Positions 1 to 9,014 of a stretch of DNA of 64,000 nt are shown one piece after another. Within the stretch, counting starts at the first letter, position 1, and every line of letters starts with the position of its first letter. A program made the translations under genes and the position numbers. This stretch comes from an uncultured delta proteobacterium (GTDB taxonomy: Bacteria > Myxococcota_A > Polyangia > Polyangiales > Polyangiaceae): NCBI GenBank assembly GCA_963841435.1, contig CAWJCS010000004.1, forward strand, positions 736,001 to 800,000. Direction: 5' to 3'. The notes under the pieces are model-generated. The model did not search any database. It was not told the DNA's origin and worked only from the letters and a program-made list of their open reading frames with translations.

Positions 1-1
1 G

Positions 2-1588
2 CGCGGGCGGGCGATCGCCACCGTTTTCGCCAAACACGGGATCCGCGAGCTCCTCGGCGGGCCCGACGAGGAGGGCGCCACCGGCCGACGCCGCCAGGCA
101 AAGCGACTGAAAAGCGCCCTTGCGGAGCTCGGGCCGACGTTCGCGAAGCTCGGCCAGCTGCTCTCCACGCGGCCGGACCTGATGCCCCCCGAGTTCATCG
201 AGGAGCTTTCGGAGCTGCAGGACGCGGTGGGCCCGCTCACCGAGGCCGAAGTGGTGCGCGTGCTCGAGGAAGATCTCGGGGTGCCTTGGGAAGACGTGTT
301 CGAGACCCTCGATCCCAAGCCGCTCGCCGCGGGCTCGGTCGCGCAGGTGCATCGCGCGACTCTCGCGACGGGCGAAAAGGTGGTGGTGAAGGTCCAGCGC
401 CCCGGCGCCCGCCAGCAGATCCTGCAAGACCTGGCCCTGCTCCGGCTGTTCGTCGAACGGGTCGGCACGCGTCCGGGGGTCCGGCGCGTGATCGACATGC
501 CGACGATCTTCGAGCACCTGTCGCGGTCACTCCAAGAGGAGCTGGACTTCAGGAGCGAGGCGAAGAACGCCGAACGCCTCGGCGCCACGCTGAGCCATTT
601 CCCGCTCCTCGACGTGCCGCAGATCCATTCGAACGTGCTGACGGCGAGGGTGCTCGTGATGCAGGACGTGGCCGGGGTCCCTTGCACGGCCGTGCCGCCG
701 GGCACGCTTCGCCGCGATCTCGCGCGCCAGCTCGTCGAATCGTTCTGCAATCAGATCCTCGTCGAAGGCTTCTTTCACGGTGATCCGCACCCGGGGAACG
801 TCATGTGGCAGCCGATCGAAAGGCGCCTGTACTTCCTCGATCTCGGCCTCGTGGGTGAGGTCGGCCCGGACATGCGCGAGGCGATGGTCCTGATGCTGAT
901 TGCCTTCTGGCAGAAGGACCCAGCGTTTCTCACGGACGTGCTCGTCACGCTGTCGGGCTCGGGGCGTATGGTGCCGGACATCGACGCGTTCACCAAGGAC
1001 ATCGACGAGTTCGTCACGAAGCATCGCGGCGGCTCCAAGAAGACCGTGGCCTTCGGCCCGGTGTTGCAGGAGCTCATGGCGATTTCGTACCGGCACGGCG
1101 TCGCGCTGCCGCCCGCGCTCAGCATGACGGCGAAGAGCCTCTCGCAGATGAACGCCATCACCTCCGAGCTCGATCCGGACATGGATACCTTCGAGGTCTC
1201 CGGACGCTTCCTCACGGCTTGGCTCCTGCGTCGCACCATCAAAGAGGCCGATCCGAAGCAGCTCGGCTACGAGCTTTCGAAGCTCCGGCTTCGCGTCATG
1301 CGGGTACTCGAATCGGTCGAGCGCGTCGTCGGTGCGCACCCCGGCGAGCGTTCGGCCTTGAGCTTTCGTGCCGTGACGCTCGAGAGCGCGCTGCGCGCCG
1401 CGAGTCGCCGCCTTTCGCTCGGGATGGCGGCCGGTTTCGCGCTGCTCGCGAGCGCCGTCACCGCGGCGGCCGAGCGCGTCGAGCCGTGGATTTCCATCGC
1501 GTTCGGCGCGACGGGCGGCGTGCTCATCGTCGCGCTGCTCATCGACGTCCTTCGCGACAAGCGGCAAAAGACGGAGAAAGCAGCATGA
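2..1588 (+). CDS. ABC1/UbiB (AarF) family atypical kinase, 5' truncated by window edge
   Basis: Frame open from base 2. Motifs LGPTFAKLGQLLSTRPDL, LAAGSVAQVHRA, VVVKVQRP, FFHGDPHPGN, DLGLVG; two C-terminal hydrophobic helices. Confidence 0.92.
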   Translation, partial: RGRAIATVFAKHGIRELLGGPDEEGATGRRRQAKRLKSALAELGPTFAKLGQLLSTRPDLMPPEFIEELSELQDAVGPLTEAEVVRVLEEDLGVPWEDVFETLDPKPLAAGSVAQVHRATLATGEKVVVKVQRPGARQQILQDLALLRLFVERVGTRPGVRRVIDMPTIFEHLSRSLQEELDFRSEAKNAERLGATLSHFPLLDVPQIHSNVLTARVLVMQDVAGVPCTAVPPGTLRRDLARQLVESFCNQILVEGFFHGDPHPGNVMWQPIERRLYFLDLGLVGEVGPDMREAMVLMLIAFWQKDPAFLTDVLVTLSGSGRMVPDIDAFTKDIDEFVTKHRGGSKKTVAFGPVLQELMAISYRHGVALPPALSMTAKSLSQMNAITSELDPDMDTFEVSGRFLTAWLLRRTIKEADPKQLGYELSKLRLRVMRVLESVERVVGAHPGERSALSFRAVTLESALRAASRRLSLGMAAGFALLASAVTAAAERVEPWISIAFGATGGVLIVALLIDVLRDKRQKTEKAA

Positions 1589-3369
1589 CCCAGGTGATCG
1601 TGATCGGGGGTGGCATCGGCGGGTTGACCGTGGCGCACGAGCTTTCGGAGCGCGGCATGCAGGTCCACGTGTTCGAGTCGCGTGCGGCCTGGGGTGGCAA
1701 GGCGCGCACGCAGCCCGTCGCCGGAACGGGAACGGGCGGTCGCCGCGACCTGCCGGGCGAGCACGGGTTCCGCTTCTACCCGCGCTTTTATCGCCACGTC
1801 ATCGACATGATGGCGCGCACGCCGACGGGCGACGGGCCCTCCGCGACGGTGGAGAGTCGCCTCCGACCCGTCACAGAGGCCGGCGTCGCGCTCGTCAACG
1901 GCAGGAAGATGTCGCGCTTTCAACGTCGCGGCACGATGCGCCCCGCCGAGATCGTCGAAGGGGCCGAGACGATGTTTCGCGAGTTCGGCCTCGACCCCGC
2001 GGACGCGGGCCTGTTCGGCCTCAAGGTGCTCCAGTTCTTGACCTCCTCCGAGGAGCGGCGCCTCGGCCAGTACGACGCCGTGTCGTGGTGGGATTACCTC
2101 GGTGCCAACGGCTACTCGGAGCGCGCCAAGGCCCGCGCCGATGGCATCCCGCGCATGCTGGTGGCGATGGATGCCCGCCTCGGCAACGCACGCACCATCG
2201 GTGGCACGTCCATGCAGCTCTTGCTCGACTACACGACATCGGGGCAGTCCGTCGACCGCACCATGGGCGGGCCCACGAGCGAGATGTGGATCGACCCGTG
2301 GATCGAGCACCTGGAAAAGCTCGGCGTCACGTTGCACCCCGGAGAGACCTGCACGGGGCTCGACGTGAGGGGGGGGCGCATCGACGGCGCACGCTTCGCG
2401 AGCGGCCGCGTGGCAAAAGGGGACCACTACGTGATCGCCGTGCCCGTCGAGGTCGCGCAGACGCTCATGTCGGACGAGCTCGCCGCGCTCGACCCGCAGT
2501 GCGAAAGACTCCGGAGCGCGAACGTCGACGAGCTACTCTCCTGGATGGTCGGCATCCAGTTCTATCTCTACGAGGACGTGCCGCTCGCGCGCGGCCACCT
2601 CGTCTTCCCCGATGCACCCTGGGCGCTCACGGCCATCTCCCAGCCGCAGTTCTGGACCGACACGGTGGGTCGCTTTCGCCGCCACTACGGCGACGGCGAG
2701 GTCGGAGGCTTGCTCTCCGTCGATATCTCGCAGTGGGACCGCCCCGGCACCTTCGTCCAGAAGGAGGCCAAGGACTGCACGAAGGAGGAGATCAAAAAGG
2801 AGGTGTGGGAACAGCTCAAGGCGGCCGTCAACGGCGAGAGCCGCGACGACCACGTGCTCACTGACGACCTGCTTCACTCGTGGCACATCGACGACGATCT
2901 CGACTATTCGGCGGGGCTTCCCCCCGTGAACTCCTCACGCCTCTTGATTCATCCGCCGGGCTCCTGGGCGCTCCGGCCGGAAGCGGCGAGCGCGATCCCC
3001 AACCTGTGCTTTGCCTCCGACTACGTGCGTACGCATACCGACATCGCTTCCATGGAGGGCGCCTGCGAGGCAGGCCGGCGCGCAGCGAATGCCATCCTCG
3101 ATCGAGAGCGGTCCGACGCTGCGCGTGTGGCGATCTGGTCGCTCGAGGAGCCGCCCGAGTTCGACGCCTGGAAGAAGCTCGATGCGGATCTGTACCGTCA
3201 GGCACGCCCGCATTTCTTCGAGACCTTCGGCATCCGCCGGGCCTTCGAGGCCGCAGAGCTCATGCGCCGTTTTGCCTCGCTCGTCTCCCTCGGCAAGCTC
3301 GACGAAATCATGAGGCAGTTCAAGCTCGTGAACGTCGTCGGCGGTCTGCTCGGCCGCTTCAAGCCCTGA
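1585..3369 (+). CDS. FAD-dependent oxidoreductase, carotenoid desaturase / HpnE (hydroxysqualene dehydroxylase)-like
   Basis: ATG overlaps upstream stop (ATGA). N-terminal VIVIGGGIGGL..A..L...G..V..FE....GGKA FAD motif, EHGFRFYP, C-terminal NL.FA.DY....ASMEGACEAG..AAN. Confidence 0.85.
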   Translation: MTQVIVIGGGIGGLTVAHELSERGMQVHVFESRAAWGGKARTQPVAGTGTGGRRDLPGEHGFRFYPRFYRHVIDMMARTPTGDGPSATVESRLRPVTEAGVALVNGRKMSRFQRRGTMRPAEIVEGAETMFREFGLDPADAGLFGLKVLQFLTSSEERRLGQYDAVSWWDYLGANGYSERAKARADGIPRMLVAMDARLGNARTIGGTSMQLLLDYTTSGQSVDRTMGGPTSEMWIDPWIEHLEKLGVTLHPGETCTGLDVRGGRIDGARFASGRVAKGDHYVIAVPVEVAQTLMSDELAALDPQCERLRSANVDELLSWMVGIQFYLYEDVPLARGHLVFPDAPWALTAISQPQFWTDTVGRFRRHYGDGEVGGLLSVDISQWDRPGTFVQKEAKDCTKEEIKKEVWEQLKAAVNGESRDDHVLTDDLLHSWHIDDDLDYSAGLPPVNSSRLLIHPPGSWALRPEAASAIPNLCFASDYVRTHTDIASMEGACEAGRRAANAILDRERSDAARVAIWSLEEPPEFDAWKKLDADLYRQARPHFFETFGIRRAFEAAELMRRFASLVSLGKLDEIMRQFKLVNVVGGLLGRFKP

Positions 3370-3427
3370 GAAAAAGGCCCTCGCGCGAGCTTGGGACCGA
3401 CCGGAGAGCGGGTGTACCCTCTCGGCG

Positions 3428-4543
3428 ATGCTGCCGCCCGGAGCCCACGAAGCGAGCCCGTCGCCCGACGACGAGGATTTCGAGGCGGCCCCGCTTTCCA
3501 TTCCGCCGCTCTCGATGGGCGAGCGGCCCGCCCATCGGTTGACGGGCACGCGGCTGAGCTCTCGCCCGCCGCCCGCGGAGCGAAAAGTGCTCGAGGCCGT
3601 CACGGAGCTGCTCCTCGTGGCGGGCCACGTCAACGGCGAGCTCTGCCGCCGCGAGCGCCGCGCGGTGCGGCGCATTCTCGGGCGGCTCTGCGGGCGTGAG
3701 GAGCCTCCGAGCTGGCTCGAGGACAAGCTCGAGCACTTCGACCCGGCGAGCTTCGACGCCGTTCGAGTGACGAACCTCCTCTGCGGCCTGCACCCGGAGG
3801 AGCGTCGTCACGTGCTCGAGCTCGTACGCGAGGTGTGCGACGCGGACAACGCCTTCGACCTCGAGGAAGAGCGCTACCTCGTCGGCCTGGTGCTCGCGCT
3901 CGCGCTCGAGCCGTCCGCCGCCTCGGACCTCGTCGTGCACGAGGCGCGCGGGTACGCCGCCTGGCGCAAGCGCGCGTTCAACGTCGTGTTCTCGACCTTA
4001 TTCCTCGCGACGACGTGGCCACTTTTCATCGCCATCGGAGCCCTCGTCAGGCTCGAGTCACCGGGGCCGGCGCTGTTTCGCCAGGCTCGCTACGGCAAGG
4101 ACGGGAAAGTCATCAACGTGCTGAAGTTTCGCACGATGAGCGTCATGGAAGACGGCGACGACGTGAAGCAGGCCACGCGCTGCGATCCGCGTATCACGCG
4201 GCTCGGAGCGTTCCTGCGGCGTACGTCGCTCGACGAGCTGCCGCAGTTCGTCAACGTGCTCCGCGGCGACATGTCCGTCGTGGGCCCGCGTCCGCACGCC
4301 GTGGCCCACAACCGGCATTACCGCAAGCAGATCCTCGAATACATGCTGCGGCACAAGGTCAAGCCGGGCATCACGGGCTGGGCCCAGGTAAACGGCTGGC
4401 GTGGCGAGACCGACACGCTCGACAAGATGATCGGCCGCGTCTCGCACGACCTCGAGTACATTCGTCGGCAAAGCTTGCGCTTCGACATCGAGATCGTGCT
4501 TCGCACGGTGCTCGGTCCTAGCGCGCGCGGCAACGCGTACTGA
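3428..4543 (+). CDS. TerB-like domain fused to a WcaJ/WbaP-type phosphoglycosyl transferase (bacterial sugar transferase)
   Basis: C-half has KRAFNV..S, SPGP..F.Q.R.G..G, LKFRTM, DPRITRLG.FLRRTSLDELPQF.NVL.GDMS.VGPRPH, KPGITGWAQVNG. N-half has TerB-like repeats AGHVNGELCRRE and VCDADNAFDLEE. Confidence 0.85.
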   Translation: MLPPGAHEASPSPDDEDFEAAPLSIPPLSMGERPAHRLTGTRLSSRPPPAERKVLEAVTELLLVAGHVNGELCRRERRAVRRILGRLCGREEPPSWLEDKLEHFDPASFDAVRVTNLLCGLHPEERRHVLELVREVCDADNAFDLEEERYLVGLVLALALEPSAASDLVVHEARGYAAWRKRAFNVVFSTLFLATTWPLFIAIGALVRLESPGPALFRQARYGKDGKVINVLKFRTMSVMEDGDDVKQATRCDPRITRLGAFLRRTSLDELPQFVNVLRGDMSVVGPRPHAVAHNRHYRKQILEYMLRHKVKPGITGWAQVNGWRGETDTLDKMIGRVSHDLEYIRRQSLRFDIEIVLRTVLGPSARGNAY

Positions 4544-4614
4544 CGGTCCCACCGCGGGGGCGCGGCGAAGGCTCGGGGGGGGCGCACGCTTCGACCCACG
4601 CGAGGCCGCGGAGG

Positions 4615-6543
4615 TCAGGGCTCGAACGTTCCGGAGCCCGGCACGTTCGTCTCGTGGTGCCAGTCCGGCTGCCAAAAGAGCGCAGCATTCGGGCCGCCGG
4701 GCTCGTCGGAGTCTCGAATGGCGATGTTGAAGCGAAGCGCACCGAAGTGGCCGCTCGGGCGGAGCGCATCGAGCACGCGGCGCGGCAAGACGACCTCGGC
4801 CGAATAGCCCCTGGCGTTGGGCACGCACGCGACGACGACGCCCTCGGGTATTTTCTCGGGCTCCCAGACGGACATCGCCGCGCGCGTGGGCGCGGGGCTG
4901 AAGCCGAGATAGGCGTAGGTCTTCCAGGCTGCGCCGTAGTCACGTCGGTTCTCGGCGCGCGCCGGGTCGTCGCGAGGATCCACGCTGATCTCGATGCCGT
5001 CCTGCTCCCACGGGCGGTGGCTCGCGTCGGCGACGACGCGGTCGTCGAGGACGTCGACGGCGACGTACACGTTTTGCTCGTCGTGGGCGACCTCGAAGGC
5101 GTAGCGGGCGTCGCCGGGCCCCGTGTAGGAGGCATCGGCGATGAGCTCGCCGGGCTTCACCACGTCGATGGCAAGCTTGCCCCACTCGTCGAGGCGGCCG
5201 TCGGGCGTGACCGGTCGTGTGCGGCGGCGGAGCGCGAAGCGCGGCGCCACCACGAAAGAGGAATGATCGGACAGGACGATGGGCCGTGTCGGATCGGACT
5301 GGAACGTCGCCGTCCAGTCGAAGGGCAGGGGCGGCACGCTGTTAACGGGGAACGGGTGAGAGACCCGGATCTCGATGGGCAGGCTCTTCTTTTCGCCGGG
5401 AGCGAGCGAAAGCTCGACGGCGTGAGGGAGGGGCTCGACGCCCGAGCTCGGTCCGAAGCGGGCGCTGAGCAACACGGCGCTCGGTGTCGCATTCTCCACG
5501 CTGAAGAGCGTGCGTCCGCCCCTGTAGCGCTTCCCGGCGAGGTACTGATTGGCGAGGCGCACGGAAAACCCGCGCTCGTGCGCCTCGACCACCGCGCTCG
5601 ATTCGGGCGTGCGCACGTCCTCGCCGAGGATGCCGTCGAGAAGGAGGTTGGCGATACGCGGCCCCTGCTTGGTCATCGTGACCCAAGCCACGTGGTCGAA
5701 CTCGCCGAACAGCGGGCCTCGAAGCCGGCTCGCTCCACCCGTCGTCGCGAGGATGAAGTAGCGCCGCGAGTTGCGCGTGTACTTTTCGTAGTTGTGGAAA
5801 TGCCCGGCGAACACCGTGTACGGCCGCCCGGCGAGCTTCTTTTCGAGGTGCTCGAAGGCGGCGCGTCCCGGCCGCCCCTCGTAGCCGGCCCACAGCGGTC
5901 GGTGCATGAAGAGCAACGTCCAGCGCACGTTCGGATGCTCGGCGAGCGCGCGCTCGAAGTATGCGAGCTGGGCGTCGCCGAGCTGCGCCTCGCCGCCGTC
6001 CTCGGTGTTCAAGCACAAGAAGAGCACGCCCTTGTAGACGAAATGGTAGTAGGCGGGCCCGAAGCGCTCGCTCCAGGCGCGCGCCATCACCGGATTCGAG
6101 ATGTCGTGGTTGCCGGGCACGTAGTAAAAGCGCGTGCCGAACCCGCTGACGAATCGCTGAAATTCCTCCCATTCGGCGACGATCTCCGTGGGGTTCTCGG
6201 AGTAGCCCTCGATGAGATCGCCCACGCTCATCACGAGCTCGGGCCGCATGAGGCGGGTCTTCTCGACGCCCTTCTCGAAGACGCCGTCGCGGTGGCCGCC
6301 CGTTCGATCCGTGACGATCGCGAAGCGGAACGTCGCAGGGTCGTCGTCGATGTCTGCGGGGCTCCAAGGTGATGGCCGGGGCTCGCCGGCGGCTGCTTTC
6401 GCGGCCGGCGCCGCGTGCGCTTCGCTCGACGCGGGCTGGCCGCTCGCGGGGTGCAACGGAGCCCGTGGCGCCGGCGCGCAGCTCGCCGAAAGAGCAATGC
6501 TCAGAGCCAACGAGCCCGGCAGCGCGCGGATGCCCCTGGCCAT
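4615..6543 (-). CDS. Lipoprotein metallophosphoesterase (calcineurin-like) with C-terminal CBM9/DOMON-like sugar-binding domain
   Basis: Lipobox LSASC. Motifs VTD, VGDLIEG, PGNHD, FMHRP, FAGHFH. C-terminal DGRLDEW...AHDEQNVYVAVDVLDD...WEQDGIEISVD...GYSAEV.LP...FNIAIRDSD. Confidence 0.82.
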   Translation of the reverse strand: MARGIRALPGSLALSIALSASCAPAPRAPLHPASGQPASSEAHAAPAAKAAAGEPRPSPWSPADIDDDPATFRFAIVTDRTGGHRDGVFEKGVEKTRLMRPELVMSVGDLIEGYSENPTEIVAEWEEFQRFVSGFGTRFYYVPGNHDISNPVMARAWSERFGPAYYHFVYKGVLFLCLNTEDGGEAQLGDAQLAYFERALAEHPNVRWTLLFMHRPLWAGYEGRPGRAAFEHLEKKLAGRPYTVFAGHFHNYEKYTRNSRRYFILATTGGASRLRGPLFGEFDHVAWVTMTKQGPRIANLLLDGILGEDVRTPESSAVVEAHERGFSVRLANQYLAGKRYRGGRTLFSVENATPSAVLLSARFGPSSGVEPLPHAVELSLAPGEKKSLPIEIRVSHPFPVNSVPPLPFDWTATFQSDPTRPIVLSDHSSFVVAPRFALRRRTRPVTPDGRLDEWGKLAIDVVKPGELIADASYTGPGDARYAFEVAHDEQNVYVAVDVLDDRVVADASHRPWEQDGIEISVDPRDDPARAENRRDYGAAWKTYAYLGFSPAPTRAAMSVWEPEKIPEGVVVACVPNARGYSAEVVLPRRVLDALRPSGHFGALRFNIAIRDSDEPGGPNAALFWQPDWHHETNVPGSGTFEP

Positions 6544-6628
6544 CGACCCTTCATGCCCGCTTCCGTCGCGAGCGTCGAGGGGTCGCCTTGACGCGCTCCG
6601 TGCCTTCCTCGAAGGTGCGAAAACCTCG

Positions 6629-7480
6629 ATGAAGACGACCGGCCCTGGTTCGCTCGGGGTCTGGCCCGCCATGCGGGGCGGAGCCGCCTGGTTCTCGGTC
6701 GCCTGCCTCGCGCTCGTGGCGCTCTGCCTCGCCGGCTGCCACGCCGATGCCGAGGCCGAGCGGCCGGAAAGCGAGCTCGTCGTGTTCGCGGCGGCGTCCC
6801 TCGAGAGCGCGTTTCGCATCCTCGGACAGCGCTTCGAGAAGGCGCACGCCGGCGTGCACGTCAGGATGAGCTTCGCCGGAACGCAGACGCTCCGCGTCCA
6901 GCTCGAGCACGGCGCACCCACCGACGTGTTCGCTTCCGCGGACCGCGTGCACATGCAGGCGCTCTTCTGGGGCCACCGCGTGGAGAGGCCCGTGCTGTTC
7001 GCCGAGAACGAGCCCGTGCTCGTGGTGGCGCCCGACCGGTCCTCGACCCTCAACGCTCTTTCAGCGCTGCCGCGTGCGGATCGCATCGCGCTCGGTGCTG
7101 CCAACGTGCCGATCGGCCGCTACTCTTTGGAGATCCTCGACCGCGCAACGGTGCTCTACGGTGCCGACTTTCGGTCGCGCGTCGAGGCGAAGATCGTCTC
7201 GCGCGAGCTCAGCGTACGACAGGTGCTCGCCAAGGTGACGCTGGGCGAGGCCGACGCCGCGATCGTTTATCTAACCGACGCGCGGAGCGCGCAGGGAAAG
7301 GTCACGGTCGTCCCGCTTCCGAGGAGCATCAATCTCACGGTGCAATATCCCGTCGCCATGGTGACCGGCGCGGCCCACCCTCGGCTCGCCCAGAGCTTCA
7401 TCGAGCTTTTGCTGTCGCGGGAGGGCAGGGCGGTGCTCGCCGAGGCCGGCTTCCGCGAGCCCGCGGTGGGCGCGCCGTGA
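6629..7480 (+). CDS. modA: Molybdate ABC transporter substrate-binding lipoprotein
   Basis: LAGC lipobox, VFAAASL, SFAGT..L..Q.E.GA..DVFASA, VPIGRYS, GEADAAIVY.TD. Start could be 6671. Confidence 0.92.
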   Translation: MKTTGPGSLGVWPAMRGGAAWFSVACLALVALCLAGCHADAEAERPESELVVFAAASLESAFRILGQRFEKAHAGVHVRMSFAGTQTLRVQLEHGAPTDVFASADRVHMQALFWGHRVERPVLFAENEPVLVVAPDRSSTLNALSALPRADRIALGAANVPIGRYSLEILDRATVLYGADFRSRVEAKIVSRELSVRQVLAKVTLGEADAAIVYLTDARSAQGKVTVVPLPRSINLTVQYPVAMVTGAAHPRLAQSFIELLLSREGRAVLAEAGFREPAVGAP

Positions 7481-8289
7481 GCGCCGACCGGCTCGGCGCC
7501 CAGCGGCTCCTCATCGCCGGCATCGGGGCCGTTCTGGGGGCGTTTCTCGTCGTGCCGCTCTTGTCGCTCGGCATCGGGGAGCGCGGGGCCTCGCTTGCGC
7601 TCGGGCTGTCGCACCCACTCGTGTGGCCTGCCCTGCGGCTCAGTCTCGTCACGACGACGCTCAGCCTGATCGTCGTCGTCGGGTTCGGCACACCGCTCGC
7701 CTGGACGCTCGTGCGCACCGAGGGGCGCGTCGCGCGCGCGCTCGAAACGCTCGTGCAGCTGCCCATCGTCATCCCACCTGCGGTCGCCGGCGTGGCGCTC
7801 CTGCTCGCCTTCGGCAGGCACGGCCTGCTCGCCGGGGTCCTCTACCCGCGCGGTACCTCGCTCGCGTTCACGACGGCGGCCGTCGTCATGGCCGAGGTGT
7901 TCGTCTCCGCGCCGCTCTTTCTGCAGACGCTGCTCAGCGCCTTCCGGCGCGTGGACCCGCGGCTTTTGCTCGTGGCGCGGAGCTTCGGGGCGTCGCCGCT
8001 CAGAGTGCTGTTTCGCGTGGCGCTGCCGCTCGCGGCGCCCGGCCTGCTCGCGGGCGCGGCGCTCGGCTGGGCTCGCTCGCTCGGCGAGTTCGGCGCCACG
8101 CTGCTTTTCGCAGGGAACCTCGAGGGTGCCACGCAGACGCTGCCGCTCGCGGTGTACACGGCGATGGAGTCCGACCTCGACGCCGCGCGCTCGCTCTCGA
8201 TCGTGCTCGTCGCCGTCGCGCTCGTCGTGTTGTTCGTGGCGCGGACGGCGCTCGCGCGGTCGCAGACGGAAGCGGAGGGCGGCGCGTGA
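7477..8289 (+). CDS. modB: Molybdate ABC transporter permease
   Basis: LPIVIPPAVAGVALL..FG..G, WARSLGEFGAT..FAGN..G.TQTLPLA; overlaps modA stop. Confidence 0.93.
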   Translation: MSADRLGAQRLLIAGIGAVLGAFLVVPLLSLGIGERGASLALGLSHPLVWPALRLSLVTTTLSLIVVVGFGTPLAWTLVRTEGRVARALETLVQLPIVIPPAVAGVALLLAFGRHGLLAGVLYPRGTSLAFTTAAVVMAEVFVSAPLFLQTLLSAFRRVDPRLLLVARSFGASPLRVLFRVALPLAAPGLLAGAALGWARSLGEFGATLLFAGNLEGATQTLPLAVYTAMESDLDAARSLSIVLVAVALVVLFVARTALARSQTEAEGGA

Positions 8290-9014
8290 CGCTGAAGGCG
8301 CGCCTCAGGGCCCGCGTCGGACGGCTGGCGCTCGAGGTCAACCTCGAGACGGGGCCGGGCACGCTGGCGCTCGTCGGTCCGAACGGCGCAGGCAAGAGCA
8401 GCGTACTCTCGCTGATCCTGGGGGCGCGCCTGCCCGACGACGGCCGCGTCGAGGCGTCGGGCTCAGTGCTGTACGATGCCGGGGCCGGCGTCAACGTGCC
8501 GCTCGAACGGCGACGGCTCGGCTACGTACCTCAGGATTACGCCCTCTTTCCGCACCTCTCGGTGCGCGACAACGTCGCCTTCGCGCTCACGTCGGCCGAG
8601 CCACACCTCGAACGCCGCGTGGCGCGCGAGCGCGTCGCGCGTCTGCTCGACGAGCTCGGTCTCGAGTCGCAAGCCGAGCGTCGCCCCGCGACGCTGTCTG
8701 GCGGCGAGCGGCAACGCCTGGCTCTCGCGCGCGCCCTCGCTCTCGGCCCGCGTGCGCTTTTGCTCGACGAGCCACTGGCGGCGCTCGACGTGCAAAAGCG
8801 AGCCAAGGTCCGCCACTTTCTCGCGACGACGCTCGAACGTCTCGCGCTGCCCACGATCCTGGTCACGCACGACCCGCTCGATGCGCGCCTGCTCGGGACG
8901 CGCGTCGCCGTGCTCGAAGACGGCCGCATCACCCAGCTCGGCAGCTTCTCCGAGCTCGCGGAGCGCCCGCAGTCGAGCTTCGTGGAGGAATTCGTGAGGA
9001 CCGCCGGTGGCTGA
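8286..9014 (+). CDS. modC: Molybdate ABC transporter ATP-binding protein
   Basis: Walker A GPNGAGKS, R.LGYVPQDYALFPHL, LSGGERQR, LLLDEP; GTGA overlap with modB. Confidence 0.88.
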   Translation: MTLKARLRARVGRLALEVNLETGPGTLALVGPNGAGKSSVLSLILGARLPDDGRVEASGSVLYDAGAGVNVPLERRRLGYVPQDYALFPHLSVRDNVAFALTSAEPHLERRVARERVARLLDELGLESQAERRPATLSGGERQRLALARALALGPRALLLDEPLAALDVQKRAKVRHFLATTLERLALPTILVTHDPLDARLLGTRVAVLEDGRITQLGSFSELAERPQSSFVEEFVRTAGG

